From assembly GCA_052386995.1 (NCBI GenBank), contig JBQTJP010000085.1:1-12577 (forward strand): 12,577 nucleotides of DNA. The letters are read 5' to 3'. Below the pieces are notes generated by a model. The model was not told where the DNA came from. It saw nothing but the letters and a program-made list of their open reading frames with translations, and ran no database searches. This document shows positions 10,742 to 12,577 of the stretch, one piece after another. Source of the stretch: Armatimonadota bacterium (GTDB lineage: Bacteria > Sysuimicrobiota > Sysuimicrobiia > Sysuimicrobiales > Humicultoraceae). The number at the start of each line of letters is the position of its first letter. Position 1 is the first letter of the stretch. The position numbers were made by a program, and so were the translations under genes.

Positions 10742-10813
10742 TGCAGCGGCTATTTGAGTGCGAGAAGCGAAACACGCCGCGAGCAGAAATCTGCGTCCCG
10801 TCTGCACTTTCTC

Positions 10814-10889
10814 TGGGGGGCCGTCGGGGGATCGAACCCCGAACCTGCTGATTAAGAGTCAGCTGCTCTGCCAGTTGAGCTAACGGCCC
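10814..10889 (-). tRNA. tRNA-Lys (anticodon CTT)
   Basis: GGGCCGT/ACGGCCC acceptor stem, D-arm GCTC..GAGC, anticodon arm GCTGA-CTCTTAA-TCAGC, GTTCGATC T-loop, encoded CCA; 76 nt. Confidence 0.97.
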
Positions 10890-10909
10890 GCGCGAATCGT
10901 GACGCGACT

Positions 10910-10937
10910 ATTATAGCCGAGCCCTGCGATGTGTCCA
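10910..10937 (-). promoter_or_regulatory. Sigma70 promoter of tRNA-Lys
   Basis: TGGACA (10937-10932), 16 bp, TATAAT (10915-10910), 20 nt upstream of the tRNA. Confidence 0.65.
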
Positions 10938-10950
10938 GACTGCGCACTGC

Positions 10951-12084
10951 CTATGGACAATGCATCCGCGCCAGTTGGGACTGTCGCTCGGTGATGAGCT
11001 TCCGGTAGAGGTCATTCACCTCCGCGTAGCGTTTCTGTGCCAGGTCGTCGTCGTAGATCGTCTTTACGGGTCTGTCGAAGAAGGAGCGCATGCCGCTGAA
11101 GGTGGCGGCCTGCGCGGCCACAGAGCCCGGAGGTCCTTCCATCTTGAATTTCGGCAGGATGGGAAAGAGGCCGTGGCTCGTCATGATACGCTGGCCTTCG
11201 TCGCTCAGCAGGTACTGGAGGAAGGCCCGCGCCGCCCGTGGCGCGCGCGCGCCGGTCAGGATGGCGCTCGGCGCCGGCGAGATCCAGGCGTACGGTGGGC
11301 TGACGAACCGGAGATCGTGGCCGGCCAGCACTTCCTGGAACGCCATGTAGCTTAGTACGGCGAAGCCGACCGCAAACTCGCCCCGTGCGACGAATGTGGG
11401 CACGTCCCGGCTGCGGGTGACGTAGAGACCGGTGCCGGCGCCCAGCCGCTGGGCCCACTCCCACCCGCGTTGCCAGCCGTTCAGCTGCAGGACGACCTCC
11501 AGCGAGCTGTGGTTGGTGGCGGATCGGTCCGGCGTCGTCTGCACGACCTGTCCCTTGAAGCGGCAATCGATCAGGTCGTCCCAATCGCGCGGCGGTTCGG
11601 CGCCCAGACGGCGCAACAACCGGGGATGGTAGACGATGCCGGCGGCGGTCAGCGCGGTCCCGACCCAATGTCCCTTGGCATCGCGCAACGGAATCGGCCG
11701 CGGGTCACCAAGGGTCGTCGGGACTTCTCTCAGCAGGCTCTCGGGCAGGTCGAGCGGAACGATCAGTCGCCGACCGGCCAGATCATCGAGTACCTCGGCC
11801 TCGCTGGCCCAGAGCAGATCGGCCTCCGGCCGGCCGCGCCATTCGAGCACGCGGGCGAACATCAGCGGCCCGCCCATGGACACGAGCGTCGGCCGCAGCG
11901 CCGTTCCATACCGCTGGCGTGCATGCTCCGCGAAGCGATCCGCAACGGGTTCGGCTACCTCGCGCGGAATCGGCGTCATGAGCACCAGGCGGTCTTCGAG
12001 CTGGGTCTGGGCGCCACCGCGGTCGAGCGGCAAGGCGAGGAGGAGGCTGGTGCAGACGAGCATGACAGCGGCGGTTCTCCACAT
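10951..12084 (-). CDS. ABC transporter substrate-binding protein, Fe3+/thiamine/sugar-phosphate-type (AfuA/PgtC-like)
   Basis: Signal peptide, SD AGGAGGA, and motifs typical of this SBP cluster: PEADLLWAS, GIVYHPRLL, PPRDWDDL, TPDRSATNH..LEVVLQLNGWQRGW, VARGEFAVG, AARAFLQYLLSDEGQ. Confidence 0.9.
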   Translation of the reverse strand: MWRTAAVMLVCTSLLLALPLDRGGAQTQLEDRLVLMTPIPREVAEPVADRFAEHARQRYGTALRPTLVSMGGPLMFARVLEWRGRPEADLLWASEAEVLDDLAGRRLIVPLDLPESLLREVPTTLGDPRPIPLRDAKGHWVGTALTAAGIVYHPRLLRRLGAEPPRDWDDLIDCRFKGQVVQTTPDRSATNHSSLEVVLQLNGWQRGWEWAQRLGAGTGLYVTRSRDVPTFVARGEFAVGFAVLSYMAFQEVLAGHDLRFVSPPYAWISPAPSAILTGARAPRAARAFLQYLLSDEGQRIMTSHGLFPILPKFKMEGPPGSVAAQAATFSGMRSFFDRPVKTIYDDDLAQKRYAEVNDLYRKLITERQSQLARMHCP

Positions 12085-12107
12085 GATGTGTCCTCCTGTT
12101 TAGGCGC

Positions 12108-12138
12108 AAAGCAAAAGACACCCGATACCGGGCGTCCC
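12108..12138 (-). terminator. Riboswitch expression-platform intrinsic terminator
   Basis: GGGACGCCCG-GTAT-CGGGTGTCTT stem followed by TTGCTTT, between the aptamer and the SBP SD. Confidence 0.8.
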
Positions 12139-12165
12139 TGGGGCTCGCCGAACGCGCCTGATCCT

Positions 12166-12304
12166 CGCAGCCTTCACCTCATACGGACTGTACCGTCGAC
12201 CCCGGAATTCCACCGGGCCACGCCCTTGCGGGCTCACGGGCTGTAACCGCCGATCGGGAATTGGCGCCAACTACCGGCGCCTCACCCTGCCCCAGAAGGC
12301 TGCG
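12166..12304 (-). ncRNA. FMN (RFN-element) riboswitch aptamer, variant
   Basis: Perfect 10-bp P1 (CGCAGCCUUC/GAAGGCUGCG) enclosing GGGGCAGGGUGA..AAUUCCCGAUCGGCGGU..AGCCCGUGA-[GCCC GCAA GGGC]-..CCCGGUGGAAUUCCGGG-GUCGACGGUACAGUCCGUAUG, which is the RFN six-stem architecture. Confidence 0.92.
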
Positions 12305-12323
12305 GGCCTACGGTGCTGCCTTC

Positions 12324-12352
12324 ACGATACTCCTCACGGTGGGCTCTGGCAA
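12324..12352 (-). promoter_or_regulatory. Probable sigma70 promoter for the riboswitch-SBP transcript
   Basis: TTGCCA (12352-12347), 17 bp, TATCGT (12329-12324), placing +1 about 12 nt before P1. Confidence 0.6.
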
Positions 12353-12412
12353 CGGTCAGGCGCCCTGCGGGTCGAGTGACACAGCCCGGCGGCACGCTCC
12401 CCCTGCCCGCAA

Positions 12413-12577
12413 TTACAGCAGCCCCGGCGAGTGAAACAAGTAGGAACCCCAGTTCCCAAACGGTTTCGTGGACATCAGCAGAAACGGAGACGCAATGCGC
12501 ATCCCCCGGTCCAGGGCGATCGCCACGCCCTGCTCATTGGACCCAGCAACGATGATCGACACGCTGTCCGTGTTCTC
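12413..12577 (-). CDS. C-terminal end of a CDS entering from the right edge, probably a GNAT-family acetyltransferase
   Basis: Not in the ORF track. Open frame ENTDSVSIIVAGSNEQGVAIALDRGMRIASPFLLMSTKPFGNWGSYLFHSPGLL*. The pattern 'N...A...G.RI..P.LLMS..PFG.W' resembles GNAT C-termini from memory. Confidence 0.6.
   Translation of the reverse strand, partial: ENTDSVSIIVAGSNEQGVAIALDRGMRIASPFLLMSTKPFGNWGSYLFHSPGLL

Noticed and set aside
8273..10813. Integrative element or prophage between tRNA-Leu and tRNA-Lys
   Set aside because: No integrase, transposase or phage gene, and I found no duplicated tRNA 3' end (att site) by eye.
12315..12323. GAAGGCAGC upstream of the aptamer, resembling the P1 3' strand (possible anti-P1)
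   Set aside because: It lies immediately after the predicted -10, so most of it would not be transcribed.
12313..12555. 80-aa plus-strand ORF
   Set aside because: Overlaps the riboswitch promoter and the more protein-like minus-strand CDS end; no SD.

Overview
GC-rich bacterial window, mostly housekeeping. From left to right it holds: the 5' end of valS with a Val(GUC) T-box leader; a small hypothetical gene; a GntR/FCD regulator divergent from a 7Fe-type ferredoxin with a large insertion; the minus-strand tRNA-Leu(TAG)-tig-clpP-clpX-lon proteostasis cluster; an amidase-signature enzyme and two small exported proteins; tRNA-Lys(CTT); a stand-alone ABC substrate-binding protein (AfuA/PgtC-like); and the 3' end of a probable GNAT gene. 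The best candidate for a new system is the binding protein. It is controlled by a non-canonical FMN (RFN) riboswitch that has core substitutions, an inserted hairpin and an intact terminator/antiterminator. This suggests either an unrecognised flavin/FMN uptake protein or a riboswitch with altered ligand specificity. All family assignments come from motif recognition by eye; no database searches were run.
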